From Promethearchaeota archaeon (GTDB lineage Archaea; Asgardarchaeota; Lokiarchaeia; Sigyniarchaeales; SOKP01), in the NCBI GenBank assembly GCA_016840085.1, contig JAEOTA010000004.1:192001-256000 (forward strand): DNA of 64,000 nucleotides. The letters run 5' to 3'. Each line of letters opens with the position of its first letter. The first letter of the stretch is position 1. Position numbers and translations under genes: made by a program. Of the stretch, positions 31,701-40,135 are shown piece after piece. Under the pieces are notes generated by a model that had not been told where the DNA came from, did no database searches, and worked only from the letters and a program-made list of their open reading frames with translations.

Positions 31701-34700
31701 AGGAATGTGTTCAATTATCTCTCCTTTTTTCATAGCTACTTTCATAGCCCTTTCAAAATCTTTTTCCATCCTTTCAGCCTTATTAATCATTTCAGAAATA
31801 AGTGTCTCAAATTCCTCTTCTTCCTTTTTTCTTTCTATAACTTTTAGTCTTCCTTCATCAATTTCTGACTTTCGCTCTACCTTGTACATTTGTTCTACTT
31901 GTTTTTCTCTCTCTCCTTTCTGAGCTTCTACTTCAAGTAATTTTTCATGTTTCTCTAATTTGTCTTGATATATTTTAATTTGATTAGCGTATATCCTAGC
32001 TTGATCCTCCCATCCTTTTGCTAATACTTTATCATTTATTTTTTTATATATGGTAATTGCTTCCGCATATGGGGTTTCTTCTATTACTTCTCCTTCTCTC
32101 AGAGCCTTTCTCATTGCTATTTCGTGATCCCGCACTAACTTTTCTGCTTTATCAACCATATTCGATATGAATTTTTCAAATTCTTCCTCTTCCTTTTTCC
32201 TTTCTATAACTTTTAGGCTTCCTTCATCAATTACTGATTTTCGTTCTACCTTATGCATTTGTTCTACTTGTTTTTCTCTCTCTGCTTTCTGAGCTTCTGC
32301 TTCTAGTAATTTTTCATGTTTCTCTAATTTATCTTGATATATTTTAATTTGATTAGAATATACCCTAGCTTGATCCTCCCATCCTCTTTCTATTACTTTA
32401 TTATATATTTTTTTATATATAGCAATTACTTCCGTATACGGGGTTTCTTCTATTACTTCTCCTTCTCTCAGAGCCTTTCTCATTGCTATTTCGTGATCCC
32501 GCACTAACTTTTCTGCTTTGTCAACCATATTCGATATGAATTCTTTAAATTCTTCTTCTTCTTTTTTTCTTTCAATAACTTTTGACTTTTCTTTACTAAT
32601 TTTAACTTTTTTACCAACTTTATGCATTTCTTCTATTTCTTTTTGCTTTTCTACTTTTTGTGCTTCAATCTCTCGTAATTTTTGATCTTTTTCTAATCTT
32701 TCAGAAAATACAAGAATTTGATTTGTGTAGATTGCAGCTTCCTCATTTCTTCCTTTTGTTAATACCATCTGTTTTGCTCTTTCATAAATCCTAATAATTT
32801 CTTCAAATGGAGGATTTTCTGCCAATGTTCCTTCCCTTACTGCCTTTTTCATTGCTAGATCATATTCTCTAGCCATTTTTTCAGCTTTATTAATCATACT
32901 ATTGATTAAATCATTAAACTCTTCTTCCTCTTCTTTTATTCTTTTCTGTTCTTCAATTCTTCTTAATTTTTCTTCGTCTAATTGAATTTTCTCTTCTTTT
33001 TTTACTTTTGATATCTCTTCAGGTTCTATTTCTCTTTTTCTTTTCTCAGCTTCAATTTGTCTCAGTTTTTTGTCTTTCTCTAACTTTTCGTTGTATGACT
33101 GAATTTGACTTAATAATATTGCGGCATCTGTCTCCCACCCTCTTTCAAATGCTATCTGTCTTGCGTCTTTGTAAATGTTTATAATTTCTGGATATGGACA
33201 TTTTAATTCAAATCTTCCTTTCCTTAGTGCAACTTCATACTCCCTAGCTACTTTTTCTGCTCGATTAGTCATCTCATCCACATTTTCTTTGATCCTTTTA
33301 ATCTCAATTTCTTTTCTACGTTGTTCTTCCAATGCTCTTATTTTTTCTTCGCTTAAAGTTGGTACTTGTTCCTCTTTTGAAACTTTTAACATTTCTTCAG
33401 CTTCTTTCTGTTTTTTTACTTTATCAGCTTCAATCTTTCTAATTTTTTTATCTTGGTCAAATTTCTGAATGTATATATTAATTGTCTCCTCATAAATTGT
33501 CGCTTCGCTTCTCCACCCTTTATCAATTAATAATTCTTTAATTCTTTTATAAATCTCAATAACTTTTGGATAAATACATTCTTCAATCATTTCTCCCTTT
33601 TTTATTGCCTTCTGCATAGCCAATTCATATTCACGGGCCATACGAGCAGCTTCTGTGACCATATTGTCAATTTGTGCCTTGAAAAACTCATTTTCCATCT
33701 TCTGAAATTCTATTCCTCTTAATCTTTCTATTTTCGCAACCCTTTCTTGTTCCTCTTTTTCCTTTACATCTAACTTGATTTTTTCAACTGGTTGCTTTTG
33801 GGTCTCAATCTCTTTTCTTTTCTCTATTTTTTGTTTTTCACGTTCCTTTAAATAGGTAGCCTTTTGCTGTTCTAATAGAGCTATAGTATCTTCGACTTTT
33901 TTAACTTCATATGTCCAATTTAATTGTTTGAAAAGATTAGCTCCTTCTATATATAATTGTACTGCTTGATCATATTGATAACTTCTCGCAAACTCCGCTG
34001 CTTTTCCCAATAATTCATATGCTTGGGATGAAATTTCTTCCTCCTGTTTTTTAGAAACAAGATATTGCTGTAGTTTTTCTTCCTTTAATTCTTCGTCCCG
34101 TGGTAGAGCTTCTTGCTCTCTTTCAGTCTCCGTTTCAACTTTGGGAGATTCCTTTTTAATACTACGTAAATAATCAGCCTTTTTATTATAACATTCTTCG
34201 ATTAATTTATAAACTCTTTCTACATCATCTGGTTTTTTCATATCTTCATAAATTCCAATTGTTTCATCATATTTATCAAGAGCCTCTTCAAATTCGCCCC
34301 TATCTATTAATTCATTAGCTTTTTCTAATAATATGTTTACCTTATCAGTCAAATCCACTTCAACCTTTTCGTGAACCGGTTCAACTTCAGTTTCAAAAAT
34401 TTTTACTTCTTCTTCGACTCTCTCTTTTTCTAACTCATCAGTTTTTATTTCAGTGGTAATTTCACTTTCTCTAAATACTTGTTCTTTGAGAAGATAAATC
34501 TCAGAAATTTTATTGTTTATAGCTTTAATTTCCTCTTCTCTATTTATCTGAGTGTATATACCAATCGCTTGGCGTAAGACTTCTATTGCATCATCATAAA
34601 ATTGTGTTTCTATTAGCTCCATGGCGTGTTCAGCTAATGCATAAGCTTCAGAAGCAATATCCTCTTCCATTTCCATTAAATCTGAAAAGAAAGCTTCTTT

Positions 34701-34772
34701 AGTTGGATCAAATCCATCCTCATCAATTTCTTTCTCAAATTCTCCTTCTTTTTGCTCATCCATAAGATTCAT
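28749..34772 (-). CDS. Giant (2007 aa) helical repeat protein with E/K-rich linkers
   Basis: Long ORF; recurring A.....YE...PY.EII.IY.....GW...A..Y.NQI..Y..KL modules. Confidence 0.9.
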   Translation of the reverse strand: MNLMDEQKEGEFEKEIDEDGFDPTKEAFFSDLMEMEEDIASEAYALAEHAMELIETQFYDDAIEVLRQAIGIYTQINREEEIKAINNKISEIYLLKEQVFRESEITTEIKTDELEKERVEEEVKIFETEVEPVHEKVEVDLTDKVNILLEKANELIDRGEFEEALDKYDETIGIYEDMKKPDDVERVYKLIEECYNKKADYLRSIKKESPKVETETEREQEALPRDEELKEEKLQQYLVSKKQEEEISSQAYELLGKAAEFARSYQYDQAVQLYIEGANLFKQLNWTYEVKKVEDTIALLEQQKATYLKEREKQKIEKRKEIETQKQPVEKIKLDVKEKEEQERVAKIERLRGIEFQKMENEFFKAQIDNMVTEAARMAREYELAMQKAIKKGEMIEECIYPKVIEIYKRIKELLIDKGWRSEATIYEETINIYIQKFDQDKKIRKIEADKVKKQKEAEEMLKVSKEEQVPTLSEEKIRALEEQRRKEIEIKRIKENVDEMTNRAEKVAREYEVALRKGRFELKCPYPEIINIYKDARQIAFERGWETDAAILLSQIQSYNEKLEKDKKLRQIEAEKRKREIEPEEISKVKKEEKIQLDEEKLRRIEEQKRIKEEEEEFNDLINSMINKAEKMAREYDLAMKKAVREGTLAENPPFEEIIRIYERAKQMVLTKGRNEEAAIYTNQILVFSERLEKDQKLREIEAQKVEKQKEIEEMHKVGKKVKISKEKSKVIERKKEEEEFKEFISNMVDKAEKLVRDHEIAMRKALREGEVIEETPYTEVIAIYKKIYNKVIERGWEDQARVYSNQIKIYQDKLEKHEKLLEAEAQKAEREKQVEQMHKVERKSVIDEGSLKVIERKKEEEEFEKFISNMVDKAEKLVRDHEIAMRKALREGEVIEETPYAEAITIYKKINDKVLAKGWEDQARIYANQIKIYQDKLEKHEKLLEVEAQKGEREKQVEQMYKVERKSEIDEGRLKVIERKKEEEEFETLISEMINKAERMEKDFERAMKVAMKKGEIIEHIPYLEIIEIYKQIKDLVLERGWTEQSIIYTNQIKLYQEKLNKYDRLLEVEAQKGEREKQVEQMYKVERKSEMDEGRLKVMERKKEEEEFEKSISDLINKAERMERDYERAMKKAMKKGKIIEQTPYLEIIEIYKQIKDLVLERGWTEQSIIYTNQIKIYQDKLENHEKLLEVEAQKVEREKQVEQIYKVERKSEMDESRLKAIERKRGEEEFETLISDLINKAERMERDYERAMKKAMKKGKIIEQTPYAEIIDIYNEIRKKVLEKGWGEQAKIYANQIKIYQDKLENYEKLLEVEAQKRERDKQLEEMRKVGKREVKPYKPEKIKEIEVGYKEEDILLDQAMNLIDGAEKLVKNYELNIKTDVLLYESPYNKAIANYEEAQKLFQKIGWNDEANRLINTIKFYREKKDKDEKLREIEKKKLEEPQTELITAKVDTEKELLAREEKILEFEKRKKDKAKLAEKIFNKIHKAERMAQEYEIKIKEGVFDQEAPYEDILKIYRDARKDFEEIGWMEESMKLINTIQFYKEKLDKDKKLRALEIKKEEKREQELLIQQKLLEQAREEQERFLKQKEEAILLQKEKVSEFESAKDRAFNLMDLAKKELQENKFEKAIELYKASEEIFSDIDWREGIKMVNDSIIMIKKRKEALGLEQKTIEERRVEKVKIEEKLEEKLAKAEDLRKLYQEEKRKEFLKIQREKEWEREVSGEAYELLEQGTALLERNKFDEAYEKYIEARKLFNKISWKREVSRINNELLFKLKREMKKFEILEDFKMKKAEDEVEMEKLKEEAERKRRELEKQKIEDKRKLKKEEVGKKIKIRLRKAEKFIENFRYNEAILLFKQEVTRLKKLGNEDEIEKISNQINNIIAQAQIPLITLEDFSEIEKYEKYESAYKALDNAQISLSNNRFMKAISELTEAKFNLKNVRIDKKFIKEIDNKINEFRKKLGKKPEMEEDAEDDEMERLKARIAARREERKKRVLELLKK
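30800..32600 (-). repeat. About five tandem 369-bp (123-aa) intragenic repeats
   Basis: Matching words recur at 31021/31390/31759 and at 32162/32531 (period 369). Confidence 0.85.
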
Positions 34773-34902
34773 CTATTTTTAAAAAAAATTAAGAATAAAA
34801 TTATCCAATAATAATTATAGTCTAAGATAAATGCATTTTTTTACCATAACTAGAATTCATTAATCAATAATAAAAATTTATTTGATTATAGTTCTAACTT
34901 TC

Positions 34903-35283
34903 CTAAACTAACCGATTAAGAAAATCATCGCAAATTTTTCCTCCCTCACTCGTTAGAGTCCACCCATTAGTTTCCCGTTTTACTAGATTTAAATTTTCGA
35001 CACTCTTCAATATTTCATGAACTTCAGAATCTTCTTTACGAATATTAAAATCGACTCTTAAACTAAATACAATCTCATCAATTGGCACAGGTCCGCCAAG
35101 TTCATCTTCCATAACACCTAATGCTGCAATAATTTGGTTCTGTTCCACCATCCCAGCATCCATAGTGTTTGACATTTCATCAAGTAGCCATGGATTTTTT
35201 TTTAGCATTTTTTTAATTGCTTTCTCATCGCCTATCTTGAAAATTGCTTGAAATTCCTCTCTAATCTTCTTCTTTTTAGCCAT
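34903..35283 (-). CDS. Hypothetical protein with a C-terminal winged helix
   Basis: LNLVKRETNGWTLTSEG wing pattern. Confidence 0.65.
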   Translation of the reverse strand: MAKKKKIREEFQAIFKIGDEKAIKKMLKKNPWLLDEMSNTMDAGMVEQNQIIAALGVMEDELGGPVPIDEIVFSLRVDFNIRKEDSEVHEILKSVENLNLVKRETNGWTLTSEGGKICDDFLNRLV

Positions 35284-35390
35284 TTTTAATCTCCATGCGG
35301 ATTAAAAAAAAAATTTGTGATAAAATATTACTATCTAGATATAAATTCAGATAATAAAATCTTTTAGCAAATAAAAAATCTAAAAAAAGT

Positions 35391-36110
35391 CTATGTTAAT
35401 AAATTTAAATATTTCTCTACATCATCTTTTGAGCACATATAAAACTTTTTATCTTCACCTTTCACCCATGCGAGACGAATATTATCTCTAGTTGCGTCTT
35501 CATCAATCGACTCTTTGAGCGCATTTAAGGTTAATTTAACTAACTCTTCAAAAGTTAAATTTTCTTTATAATTATCAGTGAGGTATTCTCTAGCGGTTGC
35601 TTCTCCGCTACCCAAAGCATATGCTTTAAATGAGCGGTAAATGCCACTAGGGGATGTTGTATAAATTTGTGGGCTGATAGCATCAATTCCTATGAAAAAA
35701 AGAGCACAACCCCATGGACGAACGCCCCCAAACTGAGTATATTGCTGTTTTAGATCTGCTATCGCTTTTGTCAACATATTAAGGCGAACAGGTTCATCAT
35801 ATGTTAATCTAAATGATTGTGCTTGTACTCTAGCATAATTAATTAATGCTCGTGAGTCTGCATGTAATCCTGAAATAGCCACTCCTATATGATCATCTAT
35901 TTGAAAAATCTTATCTATTGAATCAGGATCCATCAACACAGAGGCTATTTTAATCTGAGCAGCTAAACATACATCTTCATTTGATTTAACCGCTATCGCA
36001 AGTGTTCCTCGCCTTACGGCTTCTAACGCATACTCAACCTGAAATAGGCGTCCCTCCGGACTAAACACAGTAAGTGCGCGATCATACGCTCTACCTGCAC
36101 CACCAAACAT
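35391..36110 (-). CDS. psmA: Proteasome subunit alpha
   Basis: YDRALTVFSPEGRLFQVEYA, GGVRPWG. Confidence 0.96.
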   Translation of the reverse strand: MFGGAGRAYDRALTVFSPEGRLFQVEYALEAVRRGTLAIAVKSNEDVCLAAQIKIASVLMDPDSIDKIFQIDDHIGVAISGLHADSRALINYARVQAQSFRLTYDEPVRLNMLTKAIADLKQQYTQFGGVRPWGCALFFIGIDAISPQIYTTSPSGIYRSFKAYALGSGEATAREYLTDNYKENLTFEELVKLTLNALKESIDEDATRDNIRLAWVKGEDKKFYMCSKDDVEKYLNLLT

Positions 36111-36237
36111 ACAAATTCTTACCTTCTTTATTCTTTAATTGATAATAGATTGAATTTAGTATTTTAAAATAATTTAAAGAATTTTAACTTATTGTTTATA
36201 GCAAATAAAAAATCAAAAATTTATAGCAAATTAAAAT

Positions 36238-36786
36238 TTAAATCTTTTGAGTGTTCTTGAGAATTGCTAAAGTAATGTCTTTAAATACAGGATTAACCAG
36301 AAGATCTTCTTTCGCACTCGTTTCATAATATCCAAACGCCTTTATTTCATCCTTTAACGCTTCCCCATCTCCTTCTCCAACTTCTCGATTTCCTTGCTCT
36401 GCTAAATCAATTTTATTTCCAACCAAAACACTCGGCTTACCATTACCAATTACTTTTTCTACTTCTAGTTTCCATTCTAATATGTTTTGAAATGAACTCC
36501 TTCTGGTTAGATCGAAGACATATACGATTCCAGTCGCTCCCCGATAAAAAGGGGGCCGCACAAAGCTGAAGTGCTTCTGTCCTGCGAGATCCCATAATTG
36601 AAGCTTAACGAGAAAGTTCGGATACTCTTCAAGCTCTACTTGTTTTGTTGAAAAATTTGATCCAATAGTCATAATATAGTTTTCTTTAAAACTATTTTCG
36701 CAATATTGTAGAACTATTGAAGTTTTTCCTACTCCTCCGTCACCAACAACTACAACCTTATAGATGAAACTCCTTGTAGCAGCCAT
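36238..36786 (-). CDS. Rab-like small GTPase
   Basis: GDGGVGKT, TIG, WDLAGQ, NKID, ETSAK. Confidence 0.93.
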   Translation of the reverse strand: MAATRSFIYKVVVVGDGGVGKTSIVLQYCENSFKENYIMTIGSNFSTKQVELEEYPNFLVKLQLWDLAGQKHFSFVRPPFYRGATGIVYVFDLTRRSSFQNILEWKLEVEKVIGNGKPSVLVGNKIDLAEQGNREVGEGDGEALKDEIKAFGYYETSAKEDLLVNPVFKDITLAILKNTQKI

Positions 36787-36978
36787 TTACTTTTACACCA
36801 TTCTCAATACAGAGAATATTGGAATTTAATTTACGGAAGTTAATATTAATACACTAATTAAAACGACAATCTTTCTTAATTATCGTTATTTTAATGTATA
36901 ATATTATATTATATTCAATAAATAAAAATAATCCCTATTAATATTTTGTCTGATTTACATTTTTGGAGTATTATATAA

Positions 36979-37746
36979 ATGAGTGAGATAGAGGAAAAAA
37001 TCGAAAGACTTGCGAGGTTAATCCTTGAATCAAAAAATATCGTAGTATTAACAGGCGCAGGGATGTCCACTGAAAGTGGTATTGCTGATTTTAGGAGTCC
37101 CAGTACAGGTTTATGGGAAAAAGTCGATCCCTATGAATTTGCATCAATTGACTCATATCGTGCGCATCCAGCTAAAAATTTGGAAGTTATGTTAGAAACA
37201 GGGAGAGCAATTTTTAGTGCACGACCAAATAAAGGTCATAAAGCTTTAACCAGACTTCAAAAACTCGGTAAATTGAAAGGGATTCTTACTCAAAATATTG
37301 ACAGATTACATCATAAAGCTAAAACACAGAATATTGTTGAATTTCATGGTAATGTCATGGAAGCCAAATGCTTACAATGTCGAAGAATTTTTCCAATAAC
37401 AGATATGGTTAATCAAGCCTTGCAGGGAAAAGTTCCTATTTGTGAAGTATGTAATGGAATGTTGAAACCAAATGCTATTTTTTTTGGAGAACCTTTAGAA
37501 TTGGACAAGTTAGCTGCAGCTGATGATATGCTTGTTGATTGTGATTTATTAGTCGTTCTTGGCTCTTCACTTGTGGTTTACCCTGTGGCATGGTATCCTC
37601 AAAAAGCATTATCAATGGGTGCAAAACTAGCTATTATAAACATCCAAGAAACAGATATGGACTCTTTAGCAGAAGTAGTAATTCATGAGAAAATTGGAAA
37701 TGTCTTTCCAAAGGTAGTTTCTATTGTGGAAGAAAAAATCAATTAG
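36979..37746 (+). CDS. cobB: Sir2-family NAD-dependent deacylase
   Basis: GAGMSTESGIADFR, TQNIDRLH, HG, CxxC pairs, GSSL.VYP. Confidence 0.93.
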   Translation: MSEIEEKIERLARLILESKNIVVLTGAGMSTESGIADFRSPSTGLWEKVDPYEFASIDSYRAHPAKNLEVMLETGRAIFSARPNKGHKALTRLQKLGKLKGILTQNIDRLHHKAKTQNIVEFHGNVMEAKCLQCRRIFPITDMVNQALQGKVPICEVCNGMLKPNAIFFGEPLELDKLAAADDMLVDCDLLVVLGSSLVVYPVAWYPQKALSMGAKLAIINIQETDMDSLAEVVIHEKIGNVFPKVVSIVEEKIN

Positions 37747-37801
37747 AATTTATAATATATTTACAATTAATATCTATTTAGAAGGGTTATAGAGATAAGG
37801 A

Positions 37802-38278
37802 ATGAATAAATCTAATCATCGAAGAATTTCAAAAGATAATTATTTTATGAAGATGGCTGAAGTAGCTTCCTTACGTTCAACTTGCATAAAAAGAAAAGTT
37901 GGAGCGGTTCTGGTTAAAGATGATCATATCTTATCAACAGGATATAATGGTGCACCTTCGGGATTGCCACATTGTACACCAGACATCTGCGTTCGAAAGC
38001 ATCTTAAACCCGGCGAAAAACCAGAGTTATGCAGGGGTGTGCATGCTGAAATTAATTGTATAATTCAAGCAGCACTCCATGGAACTGCAATAGAGGGTAA
38101 TACTTCTCTCTATACAACAACATTTCCGTGTATGAGCTGTCTAAAATTAATAATTAATGCAAAAATTAAGCGATTAATTTACAAGGAAGGATATAATATG
38201 GAAAATATGGTAAAAGCTGATCTATTAAAAAATTCTAATATACAAATTGTTAAATTAATGATAAAACAAGATTTCTAA
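37802..38278 (+). CDS. dCMP deaminase (ComEB family)
   Basis: RSTC, TGYNG, HAE, PCMSC. Confidence 0.92.
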   Translation: MNKSNHRRISKDNYFMKMAEVASLRSTCIKRKVGAVLVKDDHILSTGYNGAPSGLPHCTPDICVRKHLKPGEKPELCRGVHAEINCIIQAALHGTAIEGNTSLYTTTFPCMSCLKLIINAKIKRLIYKEGYNMENMVKADLLKNSNIQIVKLMIKQDF

Positions 38279-38592
38279 AAGCAAAATTAAATTTTTAAAT
38301 CAGATTGACTTTAAACCTTTCATAGACTATGATAGAGTTAATCAAGTTTTTTACCATAACCTTTATTTTGAAGAGAATAAATTCTTCCTAAAACTCCCAA
38401 TGGTTCGTTTGGTTGGAAAAGAATCATTTAAAAGTAATGATAAGCTCACAATAATAGAGAATAAAAATAAAAGTTAAGCGGATTTAAGATGGGAAAAGTT
38501 TAACTTAACAAAATCAGTCTATCTATTGAGTTATAACGATTGAAAAAAAAATTATAAAGATATTATTAAAAATTCATTTTTTTTAGCTTTTC

Positions 38593-39003
38593 TTAAAAAC
38601 TTACTAACATCAAGCCATTTACGACCTGTAGAGTGAGCAATATGAGTAAAATATAACCTAAATATAAATGACTTTTTCTAAGTTTCTTTCGATCTTTTAT
38701 TAGGAGGCTTAGTGAAACTTGGATTATAACTATGATTAAAGCAAAAACTGCTATCCAACCATGTATTCCTAATATTATAGATTCTCCTGAAAAAAAAGGG
38801 GGTAAAATCATAAAAATAAAAGTAAAAACTACAAAAATCCCCGTTATAATCCCCGAATATTTATGAAATTTATAGAGTTCCTTATGGCCCCTTGAATCTC
38901 CTATTCTACCAATAAACATTGCTCCCAATAAAACCGTAATTACACATAAAAGCAGTGCAGTCGTTCCAAATATAATATGATACAAAAAAGCGGGAAATGC
39001 CAT
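38593..39003 (-). CDS. Small 4-TM membrane protein with His residues (cytochrome b561-like)
   Basis: One His in or beside each of four TM segments (YH, FHK, IHG, SHL). Confidence 0.6.
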   Translation of the reverse strand: MAFPAFLYHIIFGTTALLLCVITVLLGAMFIGRIGDSRGHKELYKFHKYSGIITGIFVVFTFIFMILPPFFSGESIILGIHGWIAVFALIIVIIQVSLSLLIKDRKKLRKSHLYLGYILLILLTLQVVNGLMLVSF

Positions 39004-39358
39004 TAACTAAATCACATATGATTATTGACTATTTTAAATAAATTATTTGATTATTTTATGTATACTCTCCAATTTAAGATTTTATATCATAAAAAATGTG
39101 TATCTTATAAAAATCGCATATTAAACATTTGTAAAAACAACCTATTAGTATAATTTAAAGGAAGTCGTGTCTTTTAGCAGAAATAGGAAATTGAGCCGTA
39201 AACAAGATGATTGGGTTATTTCTTTGATATTAATTTTATGAATTCACTTCACCTTATTAAATTATTATACATTATAAAGGAAATGGAAACTTATCTAGGA
39301 ATAATAGTTAAAGTTAAAATCAGTCGTGCTTTGTTCGTAAATGCTTGAAAATGTATGC

Positions 39359-39440
39359 AGGATACAATATGGAAAATATGGTAAAATTTGAATTATTAAA
39401 AAATTCTAATATTGAAATTATTAGATTATAATAAAACAAC
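39359..39440 (+). repeat. Diverged copy of the dCMP deaminase 3' end (38188-38270)
   Basis: AGGATA(T/C)AATATGGAAAATATGGTAAAA...TATTAAAAAATTCTAATAT...ATAAAACAA shared. Confidence 0.85.
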
Positions 39441-39666
39441 AATTGATTTGACTTAAACAAAAAACTTTTTGACTAGAACGGCCAATTTTTTGCCCATTTA
39501 CTCATAAAAATCAAAGAGAGAATTTTAAAATAAAACCTATAAATATTAAATTATCAAAATTTTTAACTATTAAGTAAAAATTAGTAAAATTATATTCCAA
39601 TTATTAAATTTAAGGATAATAAGTAAAAATAATATCTAAAAACAATAAAGCTAATGAATACTTAAT

Positions 39667-40047
39667 ATGGATGAAACAAAAAATATTATTGACGAATTGG
39701 GAATTATTGCGCTAGAGACTAACATAAAAATTGCTGGAGTAGCAGTTGTGTCTGATTCGGGAAAAATAGTTTACCAGACAGATAATTGGGATCTGACCAC
39801 TCAAACGAACATTATATTGAATGTTATTAAAGGAGACCGCTCATTTGTTTTAAATGATGTAGAATTTTCGGTTGTTGAAACTACTACTGAAGGAATTATT
39901 GGAACCAATGATAATGGAATGGGGCATGTAATATTCGTTCCTTTTCAAGGAGGCGTGCTTGTATCATATGCCATGCCTCGAGCAGATCCACCTAAAACAT
40001 TAGCATTTCTCAAAACTTTTGCGATGAGATTGAGTGAGAAGGTGTAA
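39667..40047 (+). CDS. Asgard profilin
   Basis: G.A.....GKI..QT.NW, IGTN..G.GHV, P.A.P pattern of Loki profilins. Confidence 0.8.
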   Translation: MDETKNIIDELGIIALETNIKIAGVAVVSDSGKIVYQTDNWDLTTQTNIILNVIKGDRSFVLNDVEFSVVETTTEGIIGTNDNGMGHVIFVPFQGGVLVSYAMPRADPPKTLAFLKTFAMRLSEKV

Positions 40048-40135
40048 TTGTTTGAATGTTTAGATGAAGAATTAAGTTAAGAAAATAGATTTTTATTAAA
40101 TCAATAAAAAAAAAAAGAGTTAAAATTAAAAAATG

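Noticed and set aside
29110-33468. Antisense ORFs rich in S/F/L opposite the giant gene (and similar ones elsewhere)
   Set aside because: Shadow frames of E/K-rich coding sequence with no motifs.
36979-38278. Sir2 plus deaminase as an antiviral defence pair
   Set aside because: Both look like housekeeping forms (Zn-binding CobB-type sirtuin; short ComEB-type deaminase without a kinase domain).
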